Source of the DNA: Eledone cirrhosa
Taxonomy: Eukaryota
Assembly: GCA_964016885.1 (NCBI GenBank)
Contig: OZ024743.1
Location: forward strand, 42,718,001 to 42,782,000
DNA length: 64,000 nucleotides
Reading direction: 5' to 3'
Part shown: one piece after another, positions 1 through 13,033 of the stretch
How the letters are laid out: every line of letters starts with the position of its first letter
Numbering within the stretch: position 1 is the first letter of the stretch
The notes under the pieces: generated by a model
The model's input: the letters and a program-made list of their open reading frames with translations, nothing else
Told to the model about the DNA's origin: nothing
The model's database searches: none
Program-made: the position numbers and the translations under genes

Positions 1-139
1 CAAAAGTCTTCTAATCTAACTTCGGATTTACCAATGCTTGTGAAGGAAATTTAGTAGATGGAAGGTAACTGTAATTTATATATATATATATATTAATTCA
101 AAATATTAACAAACATAGACATTCGTGTGATCAAGTATA

Positions 140-202
140 TTTTATTATACATATTTCAGAGGTACTGAGCTATCTTCAACAGTAGGTCCTCGTCAGATAA
201 AA
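140..202 (-). ncRNA. Type I hammerhead ribozyme motif in PLE 3' end (family H-related)
   Basis: Minus strand reads TTTTAT CTGACGA [imperfect stem II] GAAA T ATGT ATA ATAAAA; stem I TTTTAT/ATAAAA. Confidence 0.75.
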
Positions 203-258
203 CAAGATGATGCATGACATACCTTGATTAAGTAGATGGTTAAAATTCAGTATATATA

Positions 259-326
259 TATTTTACTCTTTTACTCTTTTACCTGTTCCATACATCCGGC
301 TGAGGCCATGCTGGGGCACCGCCCTT
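259..326 (-). mobile_element. 3' end fragment of a SINE/LINE with (AGAGTAAA)n tail
   Basis: ttttactcttttactctttt...ccggctgaggccatgctggggcaccgccctt closely matches the LINE 3' end at 20687-20752. Confidence 0.7.
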
Positions 327-348
327 GATATATATATATATATATATA

Positions 349-1521
349 AGAAAGTGATGTTATTTTACAAAATGAAAAATAACTGAGGTGTCCTACACGA
401 GTGAAAGTATAAAGAAATAAAGATGAAATCGAAAATGCAACTGGAGTCTTATTTTAAAAAAATATATATATTTATTTGGTTCCTTTAGCGGTTTCTCAGT
501 TCTTCTGCTTTTCAAAAGTAGAGTTGAGATGGAGGATCTGTGGTTTTTCTCACATCTGATGTGAGAAAAACCACAGAAAAACCACTGACGAACGATTCCA
601 ACCGTGACCATCCCCACTGAAAAGTTTCGTGAAATAGTCTTTTTAAGACTATATAGAGCATTTGTAGTTTTTCCAAATTGAAGGATGAGTATTTAAGCTT
701 TATTTTATTCTGAGTTAAGACTCTATTGGTTTTCCCTGGATTTCACAAAATCTGTGGATAAAATATGTCTTGATTTTTTTAAAATTGAGTTTGAATTATT
801 TTCCCATATCTTACGTTAATTATTTTCCATTTTGACCTTATAGTCACTTATATATTATGAAATACTCACAATAATTTCTATATTTTCATTTATATTTATA
901 CTCGGAATGTTTCCTAGAATGCTTAAAATTATTTGTGACTAATCCCGGTCTTTTTTTTTTAAGAACCGCAATAATATTGCTATTTTGCCGAACTCCTTAC
1001 ATTTTGTAGAGTTTTTTCGGAATGTTTTTGAGTGCTGTTTCTTGTAAATAGAAATTAGTCTCATTCTGACCTCACCAGCCATGTCTCTCCATGTGTGTTT
1101 ATTTTTATAATTCCGCACGAGGTGAACTGGCCTGCTTTTAAATTCCCTTTTTGGCATATTTTGGCAGTGCTTTAGGGTTATCGTGTTTCAGCTCTACTGA
1201 CGAACGACCCCAACAGTGACCACCCCCACTGAAAAGTTTCGTGAAATAGTCTTTTTAAGACTATATAGAGCATTTGTAGTTTTTCAAAATTGAAGGATGA
1301 GTATTTAAGCTTTATTTTATTCTGAGTTAAGACTCTATTGGTTTTTCCCTGGATTTCACAAAATCTGTGGATAAAATCTCTGTCTTGATTTTTTAAAATT
1401 CAGTTTGAATTATTTTCTCATATCTTACGTTAATTATTTTCCATTTTGACGTTATAGTCACTTATATATTATATATTATGAAATATGTTGGCTTCTTGCT
1501 CACAATAATTTCTATGTTTTC

Positions 1522-1525
<4 letters not shown>
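349..1525 (-). mobile_element. PLE 3' end element, family A, with internal ~310 bp duplication
   Basis: Bounded by (TA)n; same end as 12251, 34157 and 57932; 583-897 repeated at 1195-1525; mutated hammerhead at 483-518. Confidence 0.7.
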
Positions 1526-1553
<28 letters not shown>

Positions 1554-1557
<4 letters not shown>

Positions 1558-1715
1558 AAGTTCTTTATTTTATCGACCCCATAAGGATGAACGGCGAAGT
1601 TAACCTCGGTGGGATTTGAACTCAGATTTGAACTCGGATCAGAAAGGACCGTAACTCTTTGCTGCAAAGCATGGCGTCCGACCCTCTACCGATACTGCCA
1701 ATCCACCGGCCTTAT
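1554..1715 (-). mobile_element. tRNA-derived SINE (Meta/MESC-like domain)
   Basis: Reverse complement has A box-like GGATTGGCAGTATCGG, B box GAGTTCAAATCCC, and ...TTCATCCTTATGGGGTCGATAAAATAAAG. Confidence 0.85.
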
Positions 1716-1870
1716 GGTAATAATAATACATGTGAAGACTAAAATCCGAAGAGGGCTCGATAAGGATAAATATATATAAAAAATATATAAAACCGTAGAG
1801 CAAATATTTATATATATATATATATCAATGATATTAATAAATGGAAACTATATTTATAAAACCATATTTA

Positions 1871-1927
1871 TTCTATTATATATATTTCAAGAGTACCAAA
1901 ACTTTGGTACGCTCTCATCAGATAAAA
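1871..1927 (-). ncRNA. Type I hammerhead ribozyme motif (family H)
   Basis: TTTTAT CTGATGA GAGCGTACCAAAGTTTTGGTACTCTT GAAA TATAT ATA ATAGAA. Confidence 0.75.
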
Positions 1928-2040
1928 TACAAAGTGTGTTTTATAAATATTGACATATCCCGGAAAGAGATCTTAACGGTTCAAGCAGTTATAAATATAT
2001 ATATTTGTTGAATTATCAACAAATTAAATATCCCTTTGCT

Positions 2041-2068
<28 letters not shown>

Positions 2069-2071
<3 letters not shown>

Positions 2072-3315
2072 ATAATAATACATTTGAAGACTAAAATACA
2101 TAGAGGGTTCGATAAGGATGAATATATATCAAATATATAAGAACCGTAGAGCAAATATTTATTAAAATAACAGATTAAAGTTTAACCAAAGAATCGCTGC
2201 TTTCAACCTTAACGGGATCTTCTGTCAATCTGTGAACGCAGAAGTGAATATTTCAAAAAACGTTGCAACCGGAGGAAGACAGGAAGACGATACTTTGGAT
2301 TGTGGAAACGTTCCCTGGCAAAGAACGGGAAAAAAAGAATATAATACGTCATTATTTGGAGCGGTGAAAAACAATTACACGAAAGACAGAACCACGTTTA
2401 TGGTATACACCTGTATGTTTTGTGAAGGTACGTATACTTTCTCGTACGTATATTTGATTGTATATGTTATGGCGTATACTTTTTATATTCTGGTACATAT
2501 GCTTTTGGTTATGTGTATACGTGAGTTTTGCTTCTGTGTGAGTATGCGGCTTCATACGTATGTAGGGTGTGTGTATATGTGTACTTCGTGTTTTGGTTGA
2601 CGCTCGTCTGCGAACATTTGTGTATTTACATGTAGGTATGTGTGTGCGCTTGTTATATACGTATTTATTTATTTATATACGTTTATTTAATTATTTGTAT
2701 ACACGCACACACACACACACACACACACATATTTATATGTGCGTGTATTTGTATACCTATGGCGAGTGTTTTCGCGTATGCTTGTGTATGTACGTATTTG
2801 GATTCATGTATGTATTTATTTAATTTCAATTACCTCAGTATTGTATTTTATTTACTTTATTCTTAACTCTGAAGCGGAGAATCATTCGGTTTCCAAGTTA
2901 GAATTTTAGTCTACGACTTCAGTTATACCATTTACGTGGTTTTGTCTTTGCGTGCAATTGTTCTCCACGCTCCACATATGACATATTATCTTCGTTTTGT
3001 CCGTTCATTGCCGGAGAACGTCTCTTTGAACCACCTAAGAGAATATTAGTCTACGACTTCTTTTATACCATAAACGTGGTTCTGTCTTTTCGCGTAATTG
3101 TTTTTCACTACTCCTATTAATGACGTATTATATTCGTTTTTCCTGTTCTTTGCCAGGGAACGTTGCCACGAACCAAAGTATCGTCTTCCTGTCTTCCTCC
3201 GTTTGCAACGTTTTTTGAAATATTCACTTCTGCGTTCACAGATTGACTTTGTTAGTTTCAGAAGATCCCGTTAAGGGTGGAAGCAGCGATTCTTTGCTTA
3301 AACTTTAATCTGTTA

Positions 3316-3322
<7 letters not shown>
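2069..3322. mobile_element. Fold-back PLE-derived element, family B
   Basis: Inverted arms ~2161-2400 and ~3050-3322, extra ~90 nt tail at left, (TA)n on both sides; CAGAAGA hammerhead-like motif at 3255-3303. Confidence 0.8.
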
Positions 3323-3374
<52 letters not shown>

Positions 3375-4122
3375 CAGTTACTTTGCATCTACTAAATAAG
3401 TAGTTCCACAGAAGTTAATACACCATTACCAAGAACAATTTGTTTCACCTCATACGGAACATCAGCTCGGTTTAAATGAGATGACACGATAAGATGACAC
3501 GGAAAAGGAAGACGATAGCACAAATAAACCAGAGTTCTGTGTGTGTGTGTGTGTGTGCAGACGTTCATGTTTATGTTGGACCCGTGGTCGTTCCGATGAC
3601 CAATGTTTCAGTTGTTTGATCAACTGCTTGTAGTATGAGCATGGAAGCAACTAAAGATTTTACAGACACGTGTACCATTAACGCATTATTCAGGCACATT
3701 CAGCTTGGTAGAGTATGCGACAAGGCTGGAATTCCTGAAATTATCGTACAACTGTTTTTTCTCTTGCTGAAAACCATTGAACAACGTGAAAGAATATGTG
3801 TTGCTCAAGGACACAAGGTGCTTTAGGAAATTGAACGCACGGCCATACGATCATAAGTCAAACATCGTTATCGCTAATCCACCTAACTTTATAATTATAT
3901 TTAAATATTTTATATGATTTTCAATTTTCATTTTCTTTATTTTAATATATTTATTTGACATGAATATTTCAAATGCCTTTCCATACTTCCAAGACACCCA
4001 AAATAGCAAAGTCGTTTCTCGTTAGAAGCAGTAAACAATTTTCAAGATTGAAAATTGGAAAATTGCTTTTAGAAGCCTCGTTAAAATGTTTGTGAGGTGT
4101 ATTATTAGTATTAGTTATTTTC

Positions 4123-4155
4123 AGTAGCAGCAGCAGCAGCAGCAGCAGCAACAGC

Positions 4156-4216
<61 letters not shown>

Positions 4217-4235
4217 ACATCAGCAGCAGCAGCAA

Positions 4236-4267
<32 letters not shown>

Positions 4268-4307
4268 ATAGTAGTAGCAGCAGTAGCAGTAGTAGTAGTA
4301 GTAGCAT

Positions 4308-4343
<36 letters not shown>
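4123..4343. repeat. Compound (TAG)n/(CAG)n microsatellite
   Basis: Directly visible; explains the poly-L and poly-T ORFs. Confidence 0.97.
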
Positions 4344-4344
<1 letters not shown>

Positions 4345-5654
4345 CAATATTTTGCCCTCAACGTCATTCACCTTGCCTCACTGATCTCAGATAAATTGAG
4401 AACATTTGATAAATATGTTTGCGTTTATCTACAAACACTCTCTGTTTATTATTTATTTCTAGAATTTAATTGGATTCAATTTCATTTATTTTAAATACGA
4501 TATGGTGAAGAAGACATCCCTTTTGCCGTAAATTATAGAAGTTTATTAAATTGAAATACGATTTTATTTCCGTTTGAGTTTTTGTTTTTCTGTTAAATGT
4601 TTTATTTTGCAGCACCAATCGTTTCTGCTTGAAGTTTATTTCGACATCAAATTGCATTGCTTCTTTTCTATTTTTCTTTCGTCTTTTCAGGTGATTAATT
4701 TAAAACAAACCTTGTCGATGAAAGGAGAGTTCCTTGTTATATTTTCAGGAAAATGCAAGAAGGCGGAGCATGCGTATGAGTGCGAGAGAGATAGATAGGC
4801 AGACATGCAGAGTGAAAGAGAAACAGAACAATTACAGAAAGGAAGAGTGAGAGAAGGAGAGATAGGGAGAGAAAGGGAGCGTAAGTGAGTCAGTAAAGCA
4901 AAGGGACAGAAATTGAAAGACAGAGTATAAATAATGAATAAATAAATAAATGATTCCTGCTAAAGTTTGGAGGAATTATATCAAGAACCAATCCATATTA
5001 CTGGAATAATGATCAAAAGAACGAAGAGAAAATATTATGATTAGAGTAAAATGCTCAGTCAGAATTTTCTTTAAAGTATTCTATTTCCGTAACTACAATA
5101 GAAAGCAACAATAATAGCTGAAAGAGGGAGAATTTTCATCTTAATTTTGACTCCTATTCGGAGCAATTCCCATCAAAATACCCGTAATACAGCAGGCATT
5201 AACACGAGGTTTATAGGGTTATTTCTGCTATCAAAGACGCAAGAAAATTTTTATTTTTTGTTTTTTTTTTGCCTTAGAGATAGATATTGACCAAATAGTC
5301 TTATGTTTTCCGCAAGTTTTGTATCATTAATAAGATATGAACTGATCATTTCATTATAATTATTTTCATTGAAGACTGTCCATGATATTCAATTAATATT
5401 GAAAGTATGATAAAAATAATTTAAATAATAATTTTAGTATTCTAAATAATATTATTTTTTTTAATGTGATATTTGTCAACCAAATATCTCCCGCAAGGCA
5501 TTGGTCAATAAAAGGCTATGGGAGAACACGGTTGTATAACTTACTACGCAGTGGAGCCGATCTCCAAACTACGTGGAAGGGAATCGAAGTTCGAAAACTC
5601 GCAACAACGGTTTTGTATATACACATAAAGACACCCACATACATTCATGTACAA

Positions 5655-5717
<63 letters not shown>

Positions 5718-5791
5718 AATACGTGTATATGCATAAGCATTTTTTCATGTTTTAATATACACACACACGCGCACACACACGCACACACAAC

Positions 5792-5826
<35 letters not shown>

Positions 5827-5929
5827 CACACACACATATATATATATATATGCTGATGTCCTCCAAAAGTAATGGTCGCATTTTGAAAGGGTACGTCAAT
5901 GCTTATTTGTAAAACTGATATATATTGTA

Positions 5930-5990
5930 TTTTGTCTGATGAAGGCATACCATAATTTAACTTGGTATCCTTGAAATATGTATAATGAAA
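5930..5990 (+). ncRNA. Type I hammerhead ribozyme motif (family H), diverged
   Basis: TTTTGT CTGATGA AGGCATACCA...TGGTATCCTT GAAA TATGT ATA ATGAAA. Confidence 0.7.
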
Positions 5991-6155
5991 TAAATATGGT
6001 TTTATAAATATAGTTTCCAGTTGTTAATATCGTATATCTACTCCAAATACTTGTCGAGTGCTTTATATCAGTTATAAAAATATTTACTTGTTGTATCCCA
6101 ACAATTTAAATAGAACTTTTGCATATATATATATTTATTTATTTATTTATTTATT

Positions 6156-7038
6156 AGTTTTGCGAGGTTTTTGATATGAAATCGTGTGTCGAAACAAATA
6201 TAGTTATACTTGGGGAGGGTAATATTGTTGTAATAATATTGCCAGAATTAATAACAGAACACACTCACTGTTTGGTTGGCTTTCGCTTTTGTATCTTTTA
6301 TATCAGTTAATTCATTCGGTCCTCAATGTTTACCATTGACTGATTAATGGTAAAAAATACAGACATAATATAGACACAAACACATATATATAGTCTAACA
6401 AAGTTCTTTCGTTGAACATCTGCAACATCGTCAGTAGTGCTATTATGTTACTTCTGTTGTATTGTATATCTACGCCATCTTTATTTAATCTGTTTATTTA
6501 TTTATTTATTTTTATCTTCTTCTCTGCGCTTGCGTTGTCGTGTGTTCGCGTTTGTGTGACTGTTTTGGTTATTGTATTCTATCTTAGTTTACTAGTGTGT
6601 GTTTAGATGTGTTTGTTGTTATTGTGCTTGTGTATATATATATTTATTTATTTATATTTCTCTTAGGTCAGTATTGTTTGTTTGGGTGTTGTTGTTATTC
6701 CATTCATTTTTTCTGTTTAGCTTTGGCCTTCTAAGTTCTATTTCACTTGCCTCTCTGATTTGCCTATCTGTTGGGTCATTTCTGTTAAGATATTATTTTA
6801 ATTTCTATGCTGTCTATGCTGTTACCGGCATGTTGTTGTCTGGTGTGTTCGTATAGAACTGAACCGTTTTGTCGTCCTTTTAGTTCGCCCTAGTGTTGGT
6901 CTATCCTTTCACCTATGCTACGAGCTGTCTCGCCTATGTATGTTGTCATGTTTCTGCAAATAACCTCTGTACATCTTCTGCTATAGACTACGTTTCTAGT
7001 TTTACAGTTTATCCGCAAGTTTACAGTTTACATCGCAA

Positions 7039-7043
<5 letters not shown>
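6156..7043 (-). mobile_element. 5'-truncated PLE, family D (GIY-YIG C-terminal remnant plus 3' end)
   Basis: Colinear with 56051-56970; encodes CKTRNVVYSRRCTE..YIGETARS on the minus strand; flanked by TA-rich repeats. Confidence 0.85.
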
Positions 7044-7082
<39 letters not shown>

Positions 7083-7085
<3 letters not shown>

Positions 7086-8274
7086 CGAAGAAAATGTGGT
7101 AAGCAACCAGATGGACTATAACGCACCAAAGTACTCAATACTCGGGTGGGCGAGAAAAGTACGCCGACAAAGAAAAAGAACTGGGGTAGAAGGACTGGGG
7201 AGGGATGGGGAGAAGAAGGAAATATAGAGGAAGCGATAAAAGAAAAAGAAAATCTTACGTCTCCCTTGGCAAGCAGGGGTTACCCATTACAAAATCGGCA
7301 AGTGGGGTCTTATAACCCTAGTCTAACCCCCCGGGTCATTATGGAGTTTGAGGGCGAGGTAGGTCCTACGCAATCTATGTTTACATGCAGTAACCAGTTC
7401 ATCTTTCTTATTTAGGAGTTGGTCCGTCGAAAACAGCATTTGTAAAGTTTCCTCCGAGCATAAATTGCACTTACCTCGCCCTCAAACCCCATAATGACCC
7501 GGGGGGGGGGGGGGGGGTAGACTAGGGCTATAACACTCCACTTGCCGATTTTGTAATGGGTAACCCCTGCTTGCCAAGGGAGACGTAAGATCTTCTTTTT
7601 CTTTTATCGCTTCCTCTATATTTCCTTCTTCTCCCCATCCCTCCCCAGTTCTTTTCTTTGTCGGCGTATTTTTCTCGCCCACCCGAGGCAGCTCTTTGGC
7701 CGCTTGCAGCCTCAGTACCCCCACCCCCTCCCCTAGTCTATGATAGATTTGGCGGACTCAGCTTTTTATAGCAGTTGTGTTAGACCTCGGATACTTGCCC
7801 CCTTATCCGACCGCTCCCCCTTTTTTCCGTGCCTTCTATATTTCTTAGTGGCACCTCTGCCTTAATTTCTCGTTTCAGTATTTCTTTCTTCTCTTTTCTT
7901 TTGGGCAGAGTGGATTCTGAATTTATTTTTCCGTATTCTACTTCTACCTCGTACGAACTTTTATGCAGCTTGTATAAGAACTTTTGTAGCGTGGCGGTAC
8001 CATTAGAGTTAGCATTAGTATATTTTTTTCGGGACTCAGAATTATTATCTCGTACTAGTTAACTTTTCTGCACTGGATGGTTGCTGGCCTTGTGCCCGTG
8101 GTAGAAACCTTTATTAATTATTTCGTCGTAGTTTCTTTAGTATTTTGGCCCCCATTGTTGACCCGTCACCGTATGATATACGTACTTATACCTCTTAAAA
8201 GGGTCCTTTCCTATTCCGTCCCACCTAGTTTATTTACTTATTTTTTTATTTCTTTATTTCTTTATTTCTTTATT

Positions 8275-8314
<40 letters not shown>

Positions 8315-8793
8315 TATTTATTTATTTATTCATCTAGCCTAGCAATAGCTAGAGACTTAGGTCGTAGAAATTGCTTATATATTTTTTTCTTTACATTTAT
8401 TCGCTTTTTATCACTCTCAGTATTTTTTTTTTTCATATATATTTTTACCCTTCATTGTTCTACTTACCGTTTCGACTTCCTCCCCTTCCCCTCCCTAGTA
8501 TCTTTTGTGACCTCATGCCCAGCTGTAGCTGGCACTACCAACGCATGATTGGGTCTTCTCCACCCCTCCCCTTTTTCTCCTACTGGCAGGTTTAGCCACC
8601 CTCTCCCCCACTAATTTGCCATCACAGCATTTCTACTAACTTGTGACCAATCCTTGTGAAAATCACTTTGACCATATATGGAATTACCCCTTGAGAAGCT
8701 CGGCTATTTATATACCAGGATAAATTTTCATTTAGTCCAGAATTAGCCGTCGAAACGGCTTGAGCTCAGCCGTCGGGGTCTTACTGGTTCCTT

Positions 8794-8795
<2 letters not shown>
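7083..8795. mobile_element. Rearranged PLE 3' region, family C
   Basis: (TA)n flanks; inverted repeat 7142-7370 / 7470-7687; family C tail at left, hammerhead at right. Confidence 0.75.
8686..8779 (+). ncRNA. Hammerhead ribozyme motif with U3-A8 covariant core (family C)
   Basis: ACCCC TTGAGAA GCTCGGCTA...TAGCCGTC GAAA CGGCT TGAGCTC AGCCG TC GGGGT; all three stems pair. Confidence 0.8.
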
Positions 8796-8856
<61 letters not shown>

Positions 8857-8859
<3 letters not shown>

Positions 8860-9020
8860 ATAATAATAAATTTGAAGACTAAAATCCAAAGAGGGCTCGA
8901 TAAGGATAAATATATATCAAATATATAAGAACCATAGAGCAAATATTTATTAAAATAACAGATTAAAGTTTAAGCAAAGAATCGCTGCTTTCACCCTTAA
9001 CGGGATCTTCTGAAACTAAT
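8857..9020 (-). mobile_element. Family B 3' end with intact CAGAAGA hammerhead-like motif (8968-9016)
   Basis: Reverse complement GTTT CAGAAGA TCCC GTTAA GGGT GAAA GCA GCGATTCTT TGC TT AAAC, followed by tail and (TA)n. Confidence 0.7.
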
Positions 9021-9127
9021 AAGGTAATAAGGTAGTAATACATTACTGTCTTTCACTATTTAGGGTTTAAAATATATATAGCTATAAAAGGTTTTAGTAT
9101 ATACATAACCATAAATAGTATCTTTAA

Positions 9128-9164
<37 letters not shown>

Positions 9165-9289
9165 GGAGGTGAGTTTTATTGTAGTACAATAAAGCAATGC
9201 AGATATCGGATAAGAAGCACTCTACAGTTTGTAGGACTGGAGTATACATAATATATAAGAACAAAAGATGGTTAAAAGAGTTCCATGTA

Positions 9290-9356
9290 TTTTATTATGC
9301 GCATTTCAAAAACAAATATCATCATGCAATAATATTTGTGTTTTCATCAGATAAAA
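9290..9356 (-). ncRNA. Type I hammerhead ribozyme motif (family F)
   Basis: Exact reverse complement of 10133-10199. Confidence 0.85.
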
Positions 9357-10132
9357 CAGGAAGACATGATATGAAGGTTAAAAAACACTTGTGGATAGTG
9401 CAGTTTTAAATCAACATATGAAAAGTAGTTTTAGATTGATGTGTGATATTGGGAAAAATATTTTATTTTGAGGGGGGGTGGGGGTGGAAAGGATGAAAAA
9501 GAGGGGGAGATGAGAGTAAAAAGTGGAGAGGGAGGAGTATAATGAGGAAGGATTCATGCTCATCTCACAATATATCCTTACTTAAATTACCTGTTGTTCT
9601 TTTTAATAATACATATCAACATTTTCTTTCCATCGCACATATTATTAAACCCTTAAATATTATTCTTAATACATATTAACTTTTTCTTTTCATCGCACAT
9701 ATTATTAAACCCTTAAATATTATTCTTAATACATATTAACATTTTCTTTTCATCGCACATAATATTAAACCCTTCAATATACAAACCTTAACTTTACATT
9801 TTTCTCTTCGTTAATTTTCAAATTCTTTTAATTTATACATTATCTTCCAACGGTTTTCAACCTCTCTATGTAAAACAATATATCTTTCTCAGTTATAAAA
9901 GCTATATCTCTCTCTCTATCACCAATCTCTCCTCCTATCTCATCCTTCCTCATTATACTCAACTCTCTCCACTTTTTTCTCTCATCTCCTCCTCTTTTTC
10001 ATCCTTCCCACCCCACCCCCCAATAAAATATTTTTCCCAATATCACACATCAATCTAAAACTACTTTTCATATGTTGATTTAAAACTGCACTATCCACAA
10101 GTGTTTTTTAACCTTCATATCATGTCTTCCTG

Positions 10133-10199
10133 TTTTATCTGATGAAAACACAAATATTATTGCATGATGATATTTGTTTTTGAAATGCGCATAATAAAA
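10133..10199 (+). ncRNA. Type I hammerhead ribozyme motif (family F)
   Basis: TTTTAT CTGATGA AAACACAAATATTATTGCATGATGATATTTGTTTTT GAAA T GCGC ATA ATAAAA; palindromic loop 3. Confidence 0.88.
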
Positions 10200-10230
10200 T
10201 ACATGGAACTCTTTTAACCATCTTTTGTTC

Positions 10231-10334
<104 letters not shown>

Positions 10335-10686
10335 ATATAACACATGCCAAAGTACTGCCAACCACAACAACGAAATCCACAGTAAAAAAATGAGATAGAC
10401 CCAACTGTGGCATTTGCATCAACCTAATAGAGGGTTCGGAATTCTATTTCAAAGAAGGATAACGTTTTATAGTAAAACACAATTTCACATGCGCATCAGA
10501 AAATCTAATATATCTATTAACTTGCTCAGACTGTCGAGAACAATACATAGGCCAGACCAAAAACAGGCTCCGCCAACGTATGACTGTCCATAGATTCCAA
10601 ATTAAAATACGTGAATACACGAAAATACCACTGAGTGAACACAGTGATACCTGTGCCGCCCAAAATCACCCCATATGGTCCACCCC

Positions 10687-10915
<229 letters not shown>

Positions 10916-11024
10916 CTCCGTATAAGACAAGAGCTGAAAAATATCTTTTAACATGTTAAAATATCCCCCACTCACTTACAGACACATTCATACTGACCAT
11001 CCCTCTACCACGACTTACTCTGCT

Positions 11025-11067
<43 letters not shown>

Positions 11068-11621
11068 CACTTGTCTTAATAGGCATTTGAATTGTCAACA
11101 GGCTGCGGTTCGCACACACATCCCTGCTGACCATTATCACAACAACGAACACGTTACTACTACTACACACACACACACACACACACACATATTTGTTGTG
11201 AAAGAGTTATTTCTCAGTCAGCCGACACGAACCTACATTTGGCGCAAAATCAATTTTTTACATTCACATGACCTCTACCGACCACTTAAAATTGTTTTGA
11301 CCACAAGAATTTTTGCAACACGAATTGGCGCCAAACATATTTTAATACCACTGGAGCCACTTTTTTAACTTAAAAACAGGTAGAATTCCCAAAACTAATC
11401 AGATCAGAGCAAACATCACGGACGCTCTATCTCAAAATTATTTTTGAAAAGCATTAGAAATGCGCAACCGGTAAAACTTAAAACCAAAACTGAATACTAA
11501 CCAATACAATTACTAATTCTCACTTATTCCTAATTAAACTATTTTTCACTGTGAACAATTTGTCAACATTTTCTATTCCGTTTACATATATATATACACA
11601 CACACAGACACAAACACACAC

Positions 11622-11694
11622 ACCCGCAGAACAGCACAGGAATGCAGGCTTTCACTTAATAATTGTGGCGAAACAGATTTAGATCTGTCCGGGT
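11622..11694 (+). ncRNA. Degenerate hammerhead motif
   Basis: ACCCG CAGAACA GCACA...TGTGGC GAAA CAGAT TTAG ATCTG TC CGGGT; stems I and III perfect, core mutated. Confidence 0.6.
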
Positions 11695-11888
11695 ATCAAA
11701 CGGCTATTGCCCAATATAGGTTTGTTACTTTTATTGATTTAATACTTTAAATCGAGACAGGTAAACCATATTGTTTTAAATTAGTAGTTTTAAACGTAGC
11801 TAACTTGGTCATTTGCAATTCGAACACATGTATACTTGTATCGGTGTTCTTCCTTCTCATATTTTTTATATATATTTATATTCGTATA

Positions 11889-11945
<57 letters not shown>

Positions 11946-11948
<3 letters not shown>

Positions 11949-12137
11949 AACCGGTAAGACCCCGACGGCTGAGCTCAAGCCGTTTCGACGGCTAATTCTG
12001 GGTCCAGAATCAGCCGTCGAAACGGCTTGAGCTCAGCCGTCGGGGTCTTACCGGTTCCTATTACCCACTCTACTACCCCAAGTATTGAGTACTTTGGTGC
12101 GTTATGGTCCACCTGGTTCCTTACCACATTTCCTTCG

Positions 12138-12140
<3 letters not shown>
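11946..12140. mobile_element. Minimal fold-back element, family C
   Basis: Palindrome 11946-12060 plus 80 nt tail, inside (TA)n; only the 3' half of the hammerhead is retained. Confidence 0.85.
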
Positions 12141-12226
<86 letters not shown>

Positions 12227-12250
12227 TTTATATATATAAATATATATATT

Positions 12251-12610
12251 AGAAAGTGTGTTTTTTTTTACAAATTGAAAAATAACCGAAGTGTCCTACA
12301 CGAGTGAAAGTATAAAGAAAAAGAGATGGAATCGAAAATGCAACTGGGGTCTTATTTTAAAAAAATATATATATATATATTTGGTTCCTTTACCGGTTTC
12401 GCAGTTCTTCTGCTTATCAAAAGTAGAGTTGAGATGGAGGGTCTGTGGTTTTTCTCATATCTGTGAGATGTGAGAAAAACCACAGACCCTCCATCTCAAC
12501 TCTACTTTTGAAAAGCAGAAGAACTGCGAAACCGGTAAAGGAAGCAAATAAATATATATTTTTTTTAAAATAATAAGACTGCAGTTGCATTTTCGATTTC
12601 ATCTCTTTTT

Positions 12611-12614
<4 letters not shown>
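12251..12614. mobile_element. Fold-back element, family A
   Basis: Palindrome centred near 12466, tail at left, (TA)n flanks; hammerheads at 12388-12423 (-) and 12505-12540 (+). Confidence 0.85.
12505..12540 (+). ncRNA. Minimal hammerhead motif with U3-A8 core (family A)
   Basis: CTT TTGAAAA GCAG AAGAA CTGC GAAA CCGG TA AAG; palindromic ACCGGT at stem III. Confidence 0.75.
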
Positions 12615-12649
<35 letters not shown>

Positions 12650-13033
12650 CTCACACACCTAAGTAAACACAATCATGCACATCTATGCATATGAAAATAT
12701 ACACTATGATGAACAGCGATATATCATAGTTACTTTTTCCTCCAAGCAATATGATAAAGAATGAAGATAACATTTCTCTCAGGTTTCGTTCAGATAAATC
12801 AAATTTTCTATCAAATAAATACTTGAGAATATTCTTATCTACTAAGGTATCCTGATACATCTCATGCAGTCACTTTTATGAATAATAAATTAGAGTTGCT
12901 CGCGCATTATCTAAACTTATCGTCCCATTATCATTAGAAGAAGACAGAATATTTGAATCCACATTATTCACTATAAGAACACTAATCTCTGTGAAGCATG
13001 GATTTTCACTATTGAAGCACTGGTTTCATAGTA

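Noticed and set aside
3969-4371. Poly-Leu and poly-Thr ORFs
   Set aside because: Triplet microsatellite.
9600-9780. CRISPR-like repeat (also 25334-25412)
   Set aside because: Head-to-tail tandem repeats with no unique spacers, in eukaryotic DNA with no cas genes.
12251-12614. Palindromic elements as TA-TSD MITEs
   Set aside because: Variable centres, asymmetric tails, ribozyme motifs and identity of other families with PLE 3' ends argue against DNA transposons.
12651-12870. Possible host exon (minus strand KNILKYLFDRKFDL, vaguely UGT-like; plus strand NISLRFRSDKS, vaguely CUB-like)
   Set aside because: Short, flanked by stops, weak splice signals and no partner exons; BLASTx or RNA-seq would be needed.
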